NCBI RefSeq assembly: GCF_006345805.1
Contig: NW_021835131.1
Coordinates: 1-42,593, forward strand
Source of the DNA: Octopus sinensis
Taxonomy: Eukaryota
Reading direction: 5' to 3'
Length of the DNA: 42,593 bases
Position 1 is the stretch's first letter, and every line of letters starts with the position of its first letter. Below the pieces are notes generated by a model. The model did not search any database. It was not told the DNA's origin and saw nothing but the letters and a program-made list of their open reading frames with translations. Position numbers and translations under genes: made by a program. Below, piece by piece: positions 24,275 through 35,784 of this stretch.

Positions 24275-24975
24275 TGTGGTTCAGCTTTTTCCCCTTTTAC
24301 CTTTCGATAAAAGATCCATTTTTCGTCACCAGTCACAAGTCTATCAAAAAAGGGTGAAATGAGTTCGCGAGAAGGGAGAGAAAAGCAGATGTCAACTCGG
24401 GATTTGCGGTTGCTTTCGGACAATTCATGAGGCACCCATTTTCCAAGTTTAGGAAACTTTCTAAGTTGTTGAACATGACGATGAACAGTTTTATGGTTTG
24501 AACTAAGCTTTATTGCCAATTCTTTAACTGATAATGCAGGATTTTCTTCAAATAATGCCTCATGGAGCTTATCATCAATCTGAACTGAACATCCTGTTCG
24601 ATCTTCATCTTCAAGGCTGAAATTTCCACTTCTGAATTTTGCAAACCATCTTCTGCAAGTTCTTTCATTCAAGCATTCTTTCCCATAAACTGAGTATACA
24701 TTTCGAGTCGCTTCGGCTGCAGAGTTTCCTTTTTTTGTACTCATAAAGCATTATGTGCCTTAAATGCTCTTTGGATACTTCCATGTTAGGAAGGATTTTA
24801 ATCAAAGAAATTTTAATTCTATTATTCTGTAAAACAATATTCAATTAGTTTCAATGTACAGTACACAAATGCATAAAAATAATTTCTAATTCCATTAGAC
24901 ATTCTAAAATACTATTAAATTTCATTCAATTTTAAAAAAGGTAAAATCGCACAGAACTTATGGGGTGATCTGAGA
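24275..24975 (-). mobile_element. Mariner element, 5' half with one TIR; transposase pseudogene
   Basis: ATG at 24784: MEVSKEHLRHIMLYEYKK, frameshift in an A run, then GNSAAEATRNV..RTCRRWFAKFRSGNFSLEDE..WVPHEL..RLVTGDEKWIFY. TIR-like TCAGATCACCCCATAAGTTCTGT at about 24948-24972. Truncated after the first catalytic Asp. Confidence 0.93.
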
Positions 24976-26629
24976 TAAATGCAAATAACCAAATATATTC
25001 AGAAGATGTGCAAGTCATATAACTATTTCTATACATGTGGCTCTCTTTTTTGAAGGTATCTCAGCAAGCTGGCTGGGAGGAAGGAAGGCATCTTCAAATG
25101 CTTGCAAGAGAGAAGACTTCTCTTAGCGCATTTGTTTTGCTAACCGAAGCTGCTAAGTCCAACAGCAAAATAGGCCTTTGTGGAATTTGAACTCAGAACG
25201 CAGGACAAATCTACTGCCCTGGATTGGTTTACCGATCTGGAAATATCGAAAACCTAAATTAACAAAGAGCTATTACTTGGTACACAATTTCGAAGCAGGT
25301 AAGCTTTTTTTAAAACTATCAGTCTCAGTTAATATTTTCAGTCTCAATTACCTATTTTACCTATGTACAGTTAACATTTTCAATCTCAATTAATTATTCC
25401 GTTTCTTTTTAGCACCACCAATGTAGTTTTTCTCTTACTTGTTATTATTTTAATTAGCATCTTATATATAGTTGTCCTCCCAAAGCTCTGATGTTGTACC
25501 AAGTTTCAACCAGGCAATAATGTTATTCAACATCTATATTCAACAAATTCATGCATTTAAGATACTACATGAAAAACAGATTCTATACAATCTTTCCGAA
25601 AAGTATTTAGTGCTTAAAAGAAATAGAATTCTTCAAGGTTTAAAGTTGAAAAGTCAATTCTTTGGCAAGCTACTCCATGCGTATATCGTAGATTTTGTTC
25701 AAATGAACACTACAAATTTTGCTGAAGCTATAGAGTATAGTTATTACTTCAAGTTATCCATAGATTAAATGAAAGATTAGAGATGTTGGTAGGTCCTCCG
25801 TCGGACTCGACGATGTTCGTTTTTTTTTCTTTTGTTTCGCGTAGCTGGTTTCCAACTTATGAAATCAAATCACAAGCTGTCGTATATTCGGCGGATGCAT
25901 ATACCCTTCCCTCTTTTCTTAAGCCGAAACTCATCGTGAGGTTGCTGAACGTTTGAATTACAGAAAGAAATAGAGAGATAGAGAGAAGAACCATCCTCTT
26001 GCTAGACAGTTATTATCGGCCCTGAAAGGATGAAGTTGGGCGTGATTTGAACTCAGAGCGCAGTGAGCCAGAAAGATTAATATAAGGCACTCTGTACAAT
26101 GCTGTAACAATTCTTCCAAATCGCCAGTTTTAGTGATGCTATGCTATTGTAGGCAATCTTCAAAGTATTTACTTTCAGAGACGTTCACTTAAAAAAGGTC
26201 ACATTTTCCTAACACCTCACATGATTGAATATTCCGAGAGGTCAGCTCGGGTCAGATATGGGGGCATGCACTAATTGCAAAGCGTTGCTACATCCGCTAT
26301 TTGTCGGTGATTTCCTAGTCCTGGCTGATGACACTTTTCCACCACACAGGTGAAACCCCTCCAACCCATGATCCTGTTTAGGTAGTCGCTACTGGAGAGT
26401 GTTTTACGAGGTCAGTGTGAACAACCTACCTCAAACTGTTTTACGAAGCACATAGGAAACAATGGGATTAGTCACTGGATTGCCGATCCCCTCACACTGG
26501 AACAAATTTATCTCATTACAAACGGTTTTAAGAATGTCAAAGATTTGAAATATATTTGATAAATTTTGCTAAACCAATTGCAATCTCTCTGTTAGATATT
26601 TACAGGTAAAATTCCGTCCTTTGAAAGAA

Positions 26630-26738
26630 ATACTAGCTACGGCGGTACATATTCTAAAACTGGAACGATACAGAGAAGATTGGCATGGCCCCCGCGCGAG
26701 GATGACACGCAAATTCGTGAAGCGTTCCATATTTTTTT
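26630..26738 (+). pseudogene. U6: Full-length U6 snRNA copy, probably a retropseudogene
   Basis: ATACTAGCTACGGCGGTACATATTCTAAAACTGGAACGATACAGAGAAGATTGGCATGGCCCCCGCGCGAGGATGACACGCAAATTCGTGAAGCGTTCCATATTTTTTT. The ACAGAGA box is intact, the catalytic AGC triad reads GGC (26682), and there is no clear upstream TATA. Confidence 0.95.
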
Positions 26739-26902
26739 AGGCTCAGGAGTGGGTGTGTGGTAAGTAGCTTGCTTACAAACCACATGGTTCTGGGTTCAAT
26801 CACACTGCGTGGCACCTAGGGCAAGTATCTTCTACTATTGCTTCGGGTCGACCAAAGCCTTGTGAGTGGATTTGGTAGACGGAAACTGAAAGAACCTCAT
26901 CG

Positions 26903-26940
<38 letters not shown>

Positions 26941-26943
26941 ATA

Positions 26944-26985
<42 letters not shown>

Positions 26986-27237
26986 GTATATATATATATA
27001 TATATATACATATATATTTAGGAATATCTTTGTGTGTCTGTGTGTGTCACCTCAACATCGCTTGACAACTGGTGGTGGTGTGTTTACGTCCCTGTCACTA
27101 AGCGGTTCGGTAAGAGAGACCGATAGAATAAGTACTAGGCTTACAAAGAATAAGTCCTGGGGTCGATTTGCTCGACTAAAGGCGGTGCTCCAGCATGGCT
27201 GCACTCAAATGACTGAAAGAAATAAAAGAAAAAAAAC
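26739..27237 (+). mobile_element. Family C SINE, full length, abutting U6
   Basis: AGGCTCAGGAGTGGGTGTGTGGTAAGTAGC.. through GGCGGTGCTCCAGCATGG..AAATGACTGAAA and an A-rich tail. Confidence 0.9.
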
Positions 27238-28139
27238 AAACATAGGTATTTTTATATTCATACAAGCGTGTCCTAATCCCCCCACTCGTTTTACTGTATC
27301 ATTTTCCCAGCGCTTCTTTTCAGCGGCAACTTGATAGAGTTTTTGGAGTGACGGATAAAATACCTTATGGCATTTATACCGACTCTGTTATCCCAATGAA
27401 GTCAACTTTGAATTTCACCCTTTCGGGATCAATAGTAAGGTACCAATTCTTGGGGCATCGGATTGGTGGAACTGTTAGAACTTCGGACTCGATGCTTTGT
27501 GGTATTTGCTCCAGCACTTTGCATTCTATGTTCAGTTCCCCGCTATGAATTACTTGACTGCTGAGCTTAGTCCGCATTAACACGGCCACCACCGATGACT
27601 TGGGTGATTTAAGCAGAGTCCAATCTGTTGCAAGTATTCCGACCAGCTATCGAGTTTGATGACACCATCATTAATCCCTCCCGTCAATCTTGGTAGACCA
27701 GCAAAATACCATGGTCCCTTCCGTTTGTTTTAGACTACAAAATTAGGGCTACATTGCCAACCATTAAAATTCCTTTCCTTCATTTTACCTGAATAATGTT
27801 CCGTATGACATCCAAGGATTTTCATCATGTCTTTATTATGCGCTAAATTTTAGGTTCCATTTTCCACAATCGTCAGAATAGCGGCAGCGAGAAGCTTGGT
27901 ATAATGATTTGTGAAGTTTTAGCTACCATCAATTTATATAACTTCACTTTGGCAGTTAGTACACTTTTTTTCTTCCTTTTGTTTATACTCAAGTAGTTAA
28001 ATATTTATACGCACAAATACACAAGTGCTTTTTTGCATACTCTGTCTCTGCATATTATATATGCTATACAAAACTGCAGATAGAAACACAAATATATATA
28101 CATGCATATATGTGTACGTATAGATATTATGTTTCTGTA

Positions 28140-28644
28140 CACAAAAACAGCACACACACACACACATATTTTTATGTATATATACAAACACACACATATA
28201 TACACATACATATATATTTATATGTATATTCATAGACATACACATGCATATATATATACATATTTATAGGTATATACATATACACATACATACATATTTA
28301 TATGTGTATATGCATATACACATACATATATATATACATATTTACAGGTATATACATGTACACATAGATACATATTTATATGTGTATATATATTTATATG
28401 CATATTTTATATATATATATATATAATATATACATATATACACATACAGATATATATATATTATATACATATATATACATACATACATATTTATATGTGT
28501 ATATATATTTACATGTATATATTAGGTGACGATCACAAAAACAATACCGACAAATATTTCACATACATGCATGTACGCATATCCATATATATCTACACAC
28601 ACTCTTACCAGCATAGAAACACGTACACGCACATACGCACTCAT

Positions 28645-28700
<56 letters not shown>

Positions 28701-28710
28701 CACACAAACA
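28140..28710. repeat. Mixed TA/CA low-complexity tract
   Basis: Direct inspection. Confidence 0.9.
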
Positions 28711-29089
28711 CATTTCTTATAGAAGCAACTAGACAAATGTATATGAGTTTGTGCGTATATATGTGTGTGTATATCTGCATGTGTTTGCGTGTGTGTCATG
28801 TGAACTGGTATACAAATATGGAATAGAAAGTGTTTGAAAAAATAAGATAAAAAAAATTACATAAATAAAATACTACAAAATTACATTAATCAAGTGAAAC
28901 ATTAAAGTTTAAAATTGCACTTGGCCTTTGTGCGTAAGAATCAAGATTCAATATTTCCTGATTCATGTTTCTCACTTTTTCATTTTATTCAGACTGATTA
29001 TTACGTTTTTACCTTGTATTATAGAAAAATGCTATGTTTAAAGATATTTCTTTAATACCATATCATATTATGTGTATATATATGTTTAT

Positions 29090-29547
<458 letters not shown>

Positions 29548-30262
29548 GTGTTGTGTATGTATCGTACTTGTTTTTATCTGTATTTCATTTTTGTTTCTTT
29601 TAGAAATAAATTTCCTTCCTTCCTACTTTCTTTGTTGTCTATTGTTTGTTTTATTATTATTTGTCTCTAAATTTGTGATTGGAAATTGTTGTGAAAACAA
29701 TGGAGAAATATAGGCAATCACTGCCTGCGACTTATATAGTAATATCTATCTTCGAATAGCAAAAGAAAGAAAAAAAACAAAAACAAAAAAAAGACAATAT
29801 GGAAATAAACATAAACATAAACAATAAAAATAACAATAGAAAAAAAAATGAAAGTACAAATAAGAAATAAAAACGAAATAGTAAAATACGAAGGAAAAGG
29901 AAAATGTATTAAAATGCCGACATCAAAGATCATATCTTGATTGTTTTGTATGTAAAAATAATAATTTCTGCTCTGAGGAATCTATAGTATACGTTAAAGA
30001 TTCTTGTCAAGATTCATTAACATTTCTTGTCACCTCGTCGCCTTTGATTTGTGTTAAAGTAGGACAGAGAGATTATTGTTACCCCGAAGATTATATACAT
30101 ATATATTGAAAAGAAAAAAATAAAGATAGAAAAGAAAATGGCACAACAGAGTAAAACATGTCTACGACAGAATGGAACGAAGCGCTGCAACATAATATTC
30201 TATTCTTTAATATAGATCCACGATGGATTATTCAGGACAACGAATTAAAGAAAATAAAAGGC

Positions 30263-30320
<58 letters not shown>

Positions 30321-30325
30321 GTAAC

Positions 30326-30403
<78 letters not shown>
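30263..30403. repeat. (TAA)n microsatellite, 5' flank of the RLE LINE
   Basis: Direct inspection. Confidence 0.97.
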
Positions 30404-30404
<1 letters not shown>

Positions 30405-31663
30405 GGCCGTGGTCTTTTGCAACTGGCAATAACAATGAAGATTGCTACAATTGGCCTAGACACCTACCTGAAAAACTCTGAGGACTGGATGTTAAAACTT
30501 GTCTCAAAACATGACAACAAGAAAGCATCATACTCAGTCACAAAACAGGCAAAGGAATATCTAAGTGAATTTCGAATACAACCAATTTCGGAATTAGAGA
30601 TAGATATACAAGAAACAAGCACAGAAAAAGCTAGGCGCATGAAAACCCGTGCCAAAATTGCGGCCTTAGATATTCTGAATAGTAAATGGCAAGAAAAACC
30701 TCTCTATGGCAAATACCCAAAGAGAGCGAATAATGCAGATATCGACAAAGCCCTGACCCATCAATGGCTAATGGCCTCTGGCTTAAAATCTGAAACAGAG
30801 GGATTTATCATAGCAGCTCAAGATCAATGCCTACCAACAAGAAACTACCAGGCCAACATATTAAAGAACGGCAGTAGCCCAACATGTCGTGTATGCCGAC
30901 AACAAAATGAAACCATTGACCATGTTGTCTCCAAATGCAGTCTTCTAGCGCCTACAGAGTACCTCAGTAGGCATGATAGAGCTGCACAATATATTCACTG
31001 GGTAATTTGCAAAAACTTGGATTTGCCCCATGAAAAAAACTGGTGGGAACACAATCCACCTCCTGTGCTTGAAAATGACCACATCTCACTCCTCTAGAAC
31101 TTCACCATTCAAACTGACAGGAAGATAGATGCAAATAGGCCAGACATTATATTGAAAGACTTCAGACAAAGAACATGCCTCCTCATTGATATGACTGTCC
31201 CAATCGATATAAACGTATCTGTCAAGACCTACCAAAAACTGAGCAAATATAAAGATCTTGAAATAGAAATCAGCAAAATGTGGAAGCTGAAGACTAAAAC
31301 AATACCTGTTGTCATAGGTGCCCTGGGAATGATAGCGAAAGGGACTGATTGCTACCTAACTCAGATACCAGGAAATCCCAAAATGGCAGAAATTCAAAAG
31401 ATAGTGCTCATGGGAACTGCTCATATCCTACGCAAAATACTCTCTATGTAATCCCAAGGTTTAAAACAAACTTTTTATTTATTTATTTATTTTTATTTAT
31501 TTTTTTTATGTATTAGACATTCACTAGTACAACACCAAAAAAAAAAGGGAGAAGAAAAAAAAAACCCAAATATATGGCACAGAACTTCAACCTGTTGTCT
31601 CTTGAGGTCTCTGGGTGAGACTTGGAGCCAACTTGTACAGACATAAAGCAAAAGTCAAACATA

Positions 31664-31664
<1 letters not shown>
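30404..31664 (+). mobile_element. 5'-truncated R4/Dong-clade LINE (CCHC knuckle, restriction-like endonuclease, 3' UTR) inserted in (TAA)n
   Basis: One frame, 30405-31451: GRGLLQL..ETEGFIIAAQDQ..CRVC..ETIDHVVSKC..RHD..NRPDII..LIDMTVP..KLSKYKDL..PVVIGALG..IQKIVLMGTAHILRK. A single stop (TAG 31095-31097) replaces a conserved Trp. (TAA)n on both sides. Confidence 0.95.
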
Positions 31665-31719
<55 letters not shown>

Positions 31720-31736
31720 GTAACAACAACAACAAC

Positions 31737-31776
<40 letters not shown>

Positions 31777-31785
31777 GTAATAATA
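31665..31785. repeat. (TAA)n microsatellite, 3' flank
   Basis: Direct inspection. Confidence 0.97.
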
Positions 31786-31787
31786 GC

Positions 31788-32090
31788 TGAGGCGCAATGG
31801 CCCAGTGGTTAGGGCAGCGGATTCGCGGTCGTAGGATCACAGTTTCGATTCCCAGACCGGGGTTGTGAGTGTTTATTGAGCGTTAACACCTAAAAGCTCC
31901 ACATGGGACCGGCAGGGGGTGGTGGTGATCCCTGCTGTACTCTTTTACCACGACTTTCTCTTACTCTTTCTCCTGTTGGCCTGTTCGCTTAGCCGGCGGG
32001 GTGGCGTCATTGGAAGGCTAAAACAATTCGAACTAATTGTGAACAGCGATGTGTAGCAACATCTGATGGTCAGGTCGGTCACGTGATCAT
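31788..32090 (+). mobile_element. Family A SINE head and body with an alternative tail (tail 2)
   Basis: Family A sequence to about 31972, then TTGGCCTGTTCGCTTAGCC..GATGTGTAGCAACATCTGATGGTC..GGTCACGTGA. Confidence 0.85.
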
Positions 32091-32114
32091 GTGATGATAA
32101 TGATAATAATAATA

Positions 32115-32510
32115 ATGGTTTCGAATTTTTCCACAAGGGCAGCCATTTTAGGGGAGGAGACTAGCCAATTACGTCGAACCCAGTGTTCCACTGGTACTTA
32201 TTTCATCGATACCGATAGGATGAAAGTCGACTTCAGCGGAATTTGAACCTAAAGCGTAGCGACAGACGAAATAACGCTAAGCATTTCGCCTGGCGTGCTA
32301 ACGAGTCGGCCAGCTCGTCGCCTTAAATAATAATAATAATAATAATGATTTCAAATTTTTGCTACAATGACAGCTTGCGGGAGGGGATTAAATCGATTAC
32401 ATCTGCCCCAGCGCGTAACAGCACATATTTGAACTTAGAACGTAACGGCAGATGAAGTACAACTAAGCAACTCGCCCGGTGTGCCAACGATTCTACAAGG
32501 TCACCGCCTT
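32115..32510 (-). mobile_element. Two family B SINE copies among (TAA)n
   Basis: GCGGAATTTGAACC..GACGAAATAACGCTAAGCATTTCGCC..CAGCTCGTCGCC, and a deleted copy at 32350-32510. Confidence 0.75.
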
Positions 32511-32511
32511 C

Positions 32512-32616
32512 ATGTGCCTGGTGTACCCTTATCAGACGGATATTCATGATGAGTATACTGAGCTGTGTATATTTCCCCCCAGTGTCACTTTGATGGCATG
32601 CACTGCTCTCTCACTC

Positions 32617-32661
<45 letters not shown>

Positions 32662-32998
32662 TAATAATAATAACAACTAGATCGATCCCTAGATCTAATC
32701 AGTTTTGAATAATTCACCTCTGTAAACATGGGTGCTTCGATCAACATCCTGAAACAACCCTTATTCAGGGACCTATTGAGCCGTATGGGTTACACGACCA
32801 GAAGAAAATTCTAACTGGGCCCTCACCTGCAAGATCATGCACTGTTTATCGTGATATGAGATCACCATGCCATGCACATATGGTTGTGATGCATGTGCCT
32901 GGTGTACCTTTATCAGACGGATAGTAATGATGGGTATACAGGGCTTCGTATATTTTACCCCAGTGTCACTTTGATGGCATGCGCTGCTCTCGGTCAAT
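32512..32998 (+). mobile_element. Two 5'-truncated copies of a (TAA)n-tailed retroposon 3' end
   Basis: ATGTGCCTGGTGTACCYTTATCAGACGGATA..CCCAGTGTCACTTTGATGGCATGCRCTGCTCTC..CAATAATAA at about 32512-32620 and 32893-32998. Confidence 0.7.
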
Positions 32999-33019
32999 AA
33001 TAACAATACTAATAATAAC

Positions 33020-33083
33020 AAAAGTGCAAAAAATCGTGTTAACTGGAACGACTCATGTACTGAGAAGAGCATTATCGCTGTTA
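33020..33083 (+). pseudogene. Last codons of an R4/Dong-like RLE ORF
   Basis: KVQKIVLTGTTHVLRRALSL parallels EIQKIVLMGTAHILRKILSM at 31388-31451. Begins in a TAA tract. Confidence 0.75.
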
Positions 33084-33542
33084 ACATCCATTCATGAATT
33101 TATTTATTTATTTAATTTTTTAGATACACATTTTATCTGTGAATATGCGTGTGTAATCTGGGAATGCATACAATGAGATTCTCTGCCTTAGGCGTACGGA
33201 AAACACACGACGAGAAATTGAAGAAAATTTGAAGAAAGAAGGAAAAAAACTACAACTTGTTACCAAGATGTAGGATGAGGGTGACAATGCAAAGACAGAC
33301 ACAAAGTGTAGGGGATATAATGAAATGATATAAATAAATGACAAAAAAAATGGGTTAGTATGCACGGTATACAAAGAAAAGCAAGGGAAATAATACAAAA
33401 GCAGTACAATGAATGCAATGGAATTAAACCTCCGATTGGAATTAAACCTCCGAAAGTTAACATAACTCTAGCATTTATAACGCCGTATTAACATGAGTTT
33501 CTGATCTCAATTAAGCTTCATATATCCTTATGTTATATTATA

Positions 33543-33939
33543 CTAGCAGTATCGCCCGGCGTTGCTCGGGTTTGTAAGGGAAATAACTATATAAGCATTT
33601 TTAGAGATGCAAAGTATAATAGCCATCTCAATATGGCTAACCACAAAGGAGGCGGGTGTTACTGTAGCTTTTTACGTTCTGAGATTTAATAATAAATTTT
33701 TAGAGAGTTACTTCCCTTATATATGCCAAAAATGTATTAAAAATGGGAAAAATTGATGGTAATTTTTTTTTTAATCGTAGACTCGTCGTAGATGCGCGAT
33801 AATACCCAGAAGGGCTCGATATGAATCACGACTGTAAGATACCCGGTTTTGGTTAAACTGCACCGCAAAATGTGGGAGTAGTTAGGAATCTAAATCGTAG
33901 GAGACAGACAACACACAACCTCTCTTTTATATATAAAGA
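33543..33939 (-). mobile_element. Complete non-autonomous Helitron, 397 bp
   Basis: Minus strand begins TC (TCTTTATATATAAAAG) and ends with hairpin CCCG..CGGG then CTAG. Inserted between A and T with no TSD. Confidence 0.88.
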
Positions 33940-33997
33940 TTATATGTAGCCTTTACACGGCTGCATATGTTTCATCACAAAATGCAACAGCTCAGGT

Positions 33998-34190
33998 GGA
34001 GGCGCAATGGCCTAGTGGTTAGGGCAGCGGACTTGTGGTCGTAAGAACGCGGGTTCGATTCACAGACCGGGCATTGTGAGTGTTTATTGAGCAAAAACAT
34101 CCAAGCTCCAAGATCCCCCGGCGGTGGTGGTTTGAACCCCGCTGTACTAATTCACCACAACTTTTTCTCAGTCTTTCTTCCTACTTCTGC
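33998..34190 (+). mobile_element. Family A SINE, 5' part
   Basis: GGAGGCGCAATGGCCTAGTGGTTAGGG..GGTTCGATTC..GCTGTACT..CACCACAACTTT. Confidence 0.82.
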
Positions 34191-34249
34191 CACAAAGCAG
34201 AGGAACGATGGTGTAACCCACTATGGTGTGGTAAACTTTCAGCCCCTAG

Positions 34250-34445
34250 TCTAGATTGCGAATCCTCTGTACCCCAGGATGGTTCAGCTCTCCACCCGTT
34301 AAAAGCCACCGTTTACAGAATGAGGATAACAACGTAGCTTTCGCACCCGTGCAACCTCCAGTCTATCGCGTGTGGTGGGTGGATCTTCAAGTTGCCACAC
34401 GCATTCTTAGTAGCTTATTCTTTGTGGCTAATGGCGAGAGTCCTG
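34250..34445 (-). pseudogene. Possible APE endonuclease N-terminus of a LINE
   Basis: Minus strand MRVAT*RS and a downstream ILGVQ-like stretch recall 'ATWNVRSL..ILGVQE'. Heavily decayed. Confidence 0.35.
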
Positions 34446-34448
34446 ATT

Positions 34449-34620
34449 AGAAGAAGAAGAAGAAGAAGAAGAAGAAGAAGAAGAAGAAGAAGAAGAAAAA
34501 GAAGAAGAAGTAGAACAACAACAACAAGAACAAGAAGAAGAAGAACAAGAAGAAGAAGAAGAAAGAGGAGAAAGAAAAGGAGGAGAAAAAGGAGAAGAAG
34601 GAGAAGGAGAAGAAGAAGAC
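34449..34620. repeat. (GAA)n purine tract
   Basis: Direct inspection. Confidence 0.95.
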
Positions 34621-34984
34621 AACAGCACAGTGTGAAGTTATGTTCTATTTTCTTTTTTTTTTTCGCATTCCTATGACTCTCTGAACTATTGATACCCAGG
34701 AGGTACATCTTGAGGTCAACGTTGATTTTTCAGGTTATTTATACACCAAAAGGAAAAAAAGTTATAATTGTTCTATTAGTTATAGAAACTGAAAACTTGG
34801 AAAATAATATGATAAATGATTCATGACAGTGTCTGTCTATTCTGTTGGGTGAGGAAGGAATGATCAAAATATTCGAAACGGTTTTGATTGCTGGTTTGAG
34901 AAACATTACAGTGTAACAAGTATAGTTCTGCAAGTATAGTTCCCACAACACGGAAACTTGGCCAGATGTATTCTACTATAGCGT

Positions 34985-35395
34985 CGTGGCTATGTAAGAA
35001 GCCTACTTCCAAACCACATGGTTCTGGATTTAGTCCCACTGCGTGGCACCTTGGGCAAGAAGATGCCTTCTACTATAGCGGAGGGCCGACCGAAGCCCTG
35101 TGAGTGGATTTGGTAGACAGAAACTGAAAGAGGTCCGTCGTATACACATACATACATATGTATATGTATGTATGTATTGTGTTTGTGTTTGTCCTCCCAC
35201 GATCGTTTAACAAACGATGTTGGTGTATGTAGGTCCCTGCAATTTAGCGGTTCGGTCAAAGATACCAATGGAATATGTACTAGGCTTACAAAGGATATGT
35301 CACGGGGTCGATTTGTCGATTTGTTCGACTAGATGCGGTGCACCAGCATGGCCACAGTCAAATGATTGAAACAAATAAAAGAAATAAAAAAAGAA
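34985..35395 (+). mobile_element. Family C SINE
   Basis: CCACATGGTTCTGG..GCACCTTGGGCAAG..GAAACTGAAAGA..GCATGGCCACAGTCAAATGATTGAAACA. Confidence 0.85.
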
Positions 35396-35442
<47 letters not shown>

Positions 35443-35503
35443 GTAAAAAATGAAGTTCGAAAATGCTGCTGTATTATACAATTTTTAATTTTTATATATA
35501 CAT

Positions 35504-35545
35504 TATAACATGTTTCAGTTCCTGAAATGAACCTTATCAAAAAAA
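35504..35545 (-). ncRNA. Minimal hammerhead-like motif with U3-A8 core variant
   Basis: TTTT-TTGATAA-GGTTC-ATTTCAG-GAACT-GAAA-CATG-TT-ATAA. 5-bp stem II and palindromic stem III; stem I is weak (3 of 4 pairs). Confidence 0.5.
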
Positions 35546-35784
35546 GTTATATATAAAAAAAGACAGCTCATGCCGTCAAACACAAGAAATTCATTTATAA
35601 TACACAACGGAGTCAGACATCTTAGAGTTCATGTATAGTTGATATATAGTTTGAAGTATATGTTCAAAGTGTTCGATGCAGTGGCCCACGGTGGCGATAC
35701 GTATTCAATACAAAAAACAGATCAAAGTGGTAGAAAGCGGTCAATACAGAAGATTGATGTTTCCGAAAGAGCGAGGAATTCATT

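Noticed and set aside
25472-25768. 98-aa ORF in non-microsatellite sequence (similarly 3192-3497 and 41614-41877)
   Set aside because: No recognisable domain or supported splice structure. These may be very decayed retroelement sequence, which I cannot establish without a translated search.
26321-26366. Hammerhead candidate CTGATGA..GAAA-CCCC-TC
   Set aside because: Stem III cannot pair (CCCC) and stem I is poor.
26630-26738. Functional U6 gene
   Set aside because: AGC triad mutated, first nucleotide not G, weakened 5' stem, no clear upstream TATA, and fused to a SINE.
31095-31097. TAG at a conserved Trp that A-to-I editing could repair
   Set aside because: An ordinary G>A transition explains it, and the copy is 5'-truncated without RT or promoter, so repair would yield no functional protein.
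33419-33453. 18-bp tandem duplication TGGAATTAAACCTCCGA(T)
   Set aside because: Only two adjacent copies; an ordinary slippage duplication.
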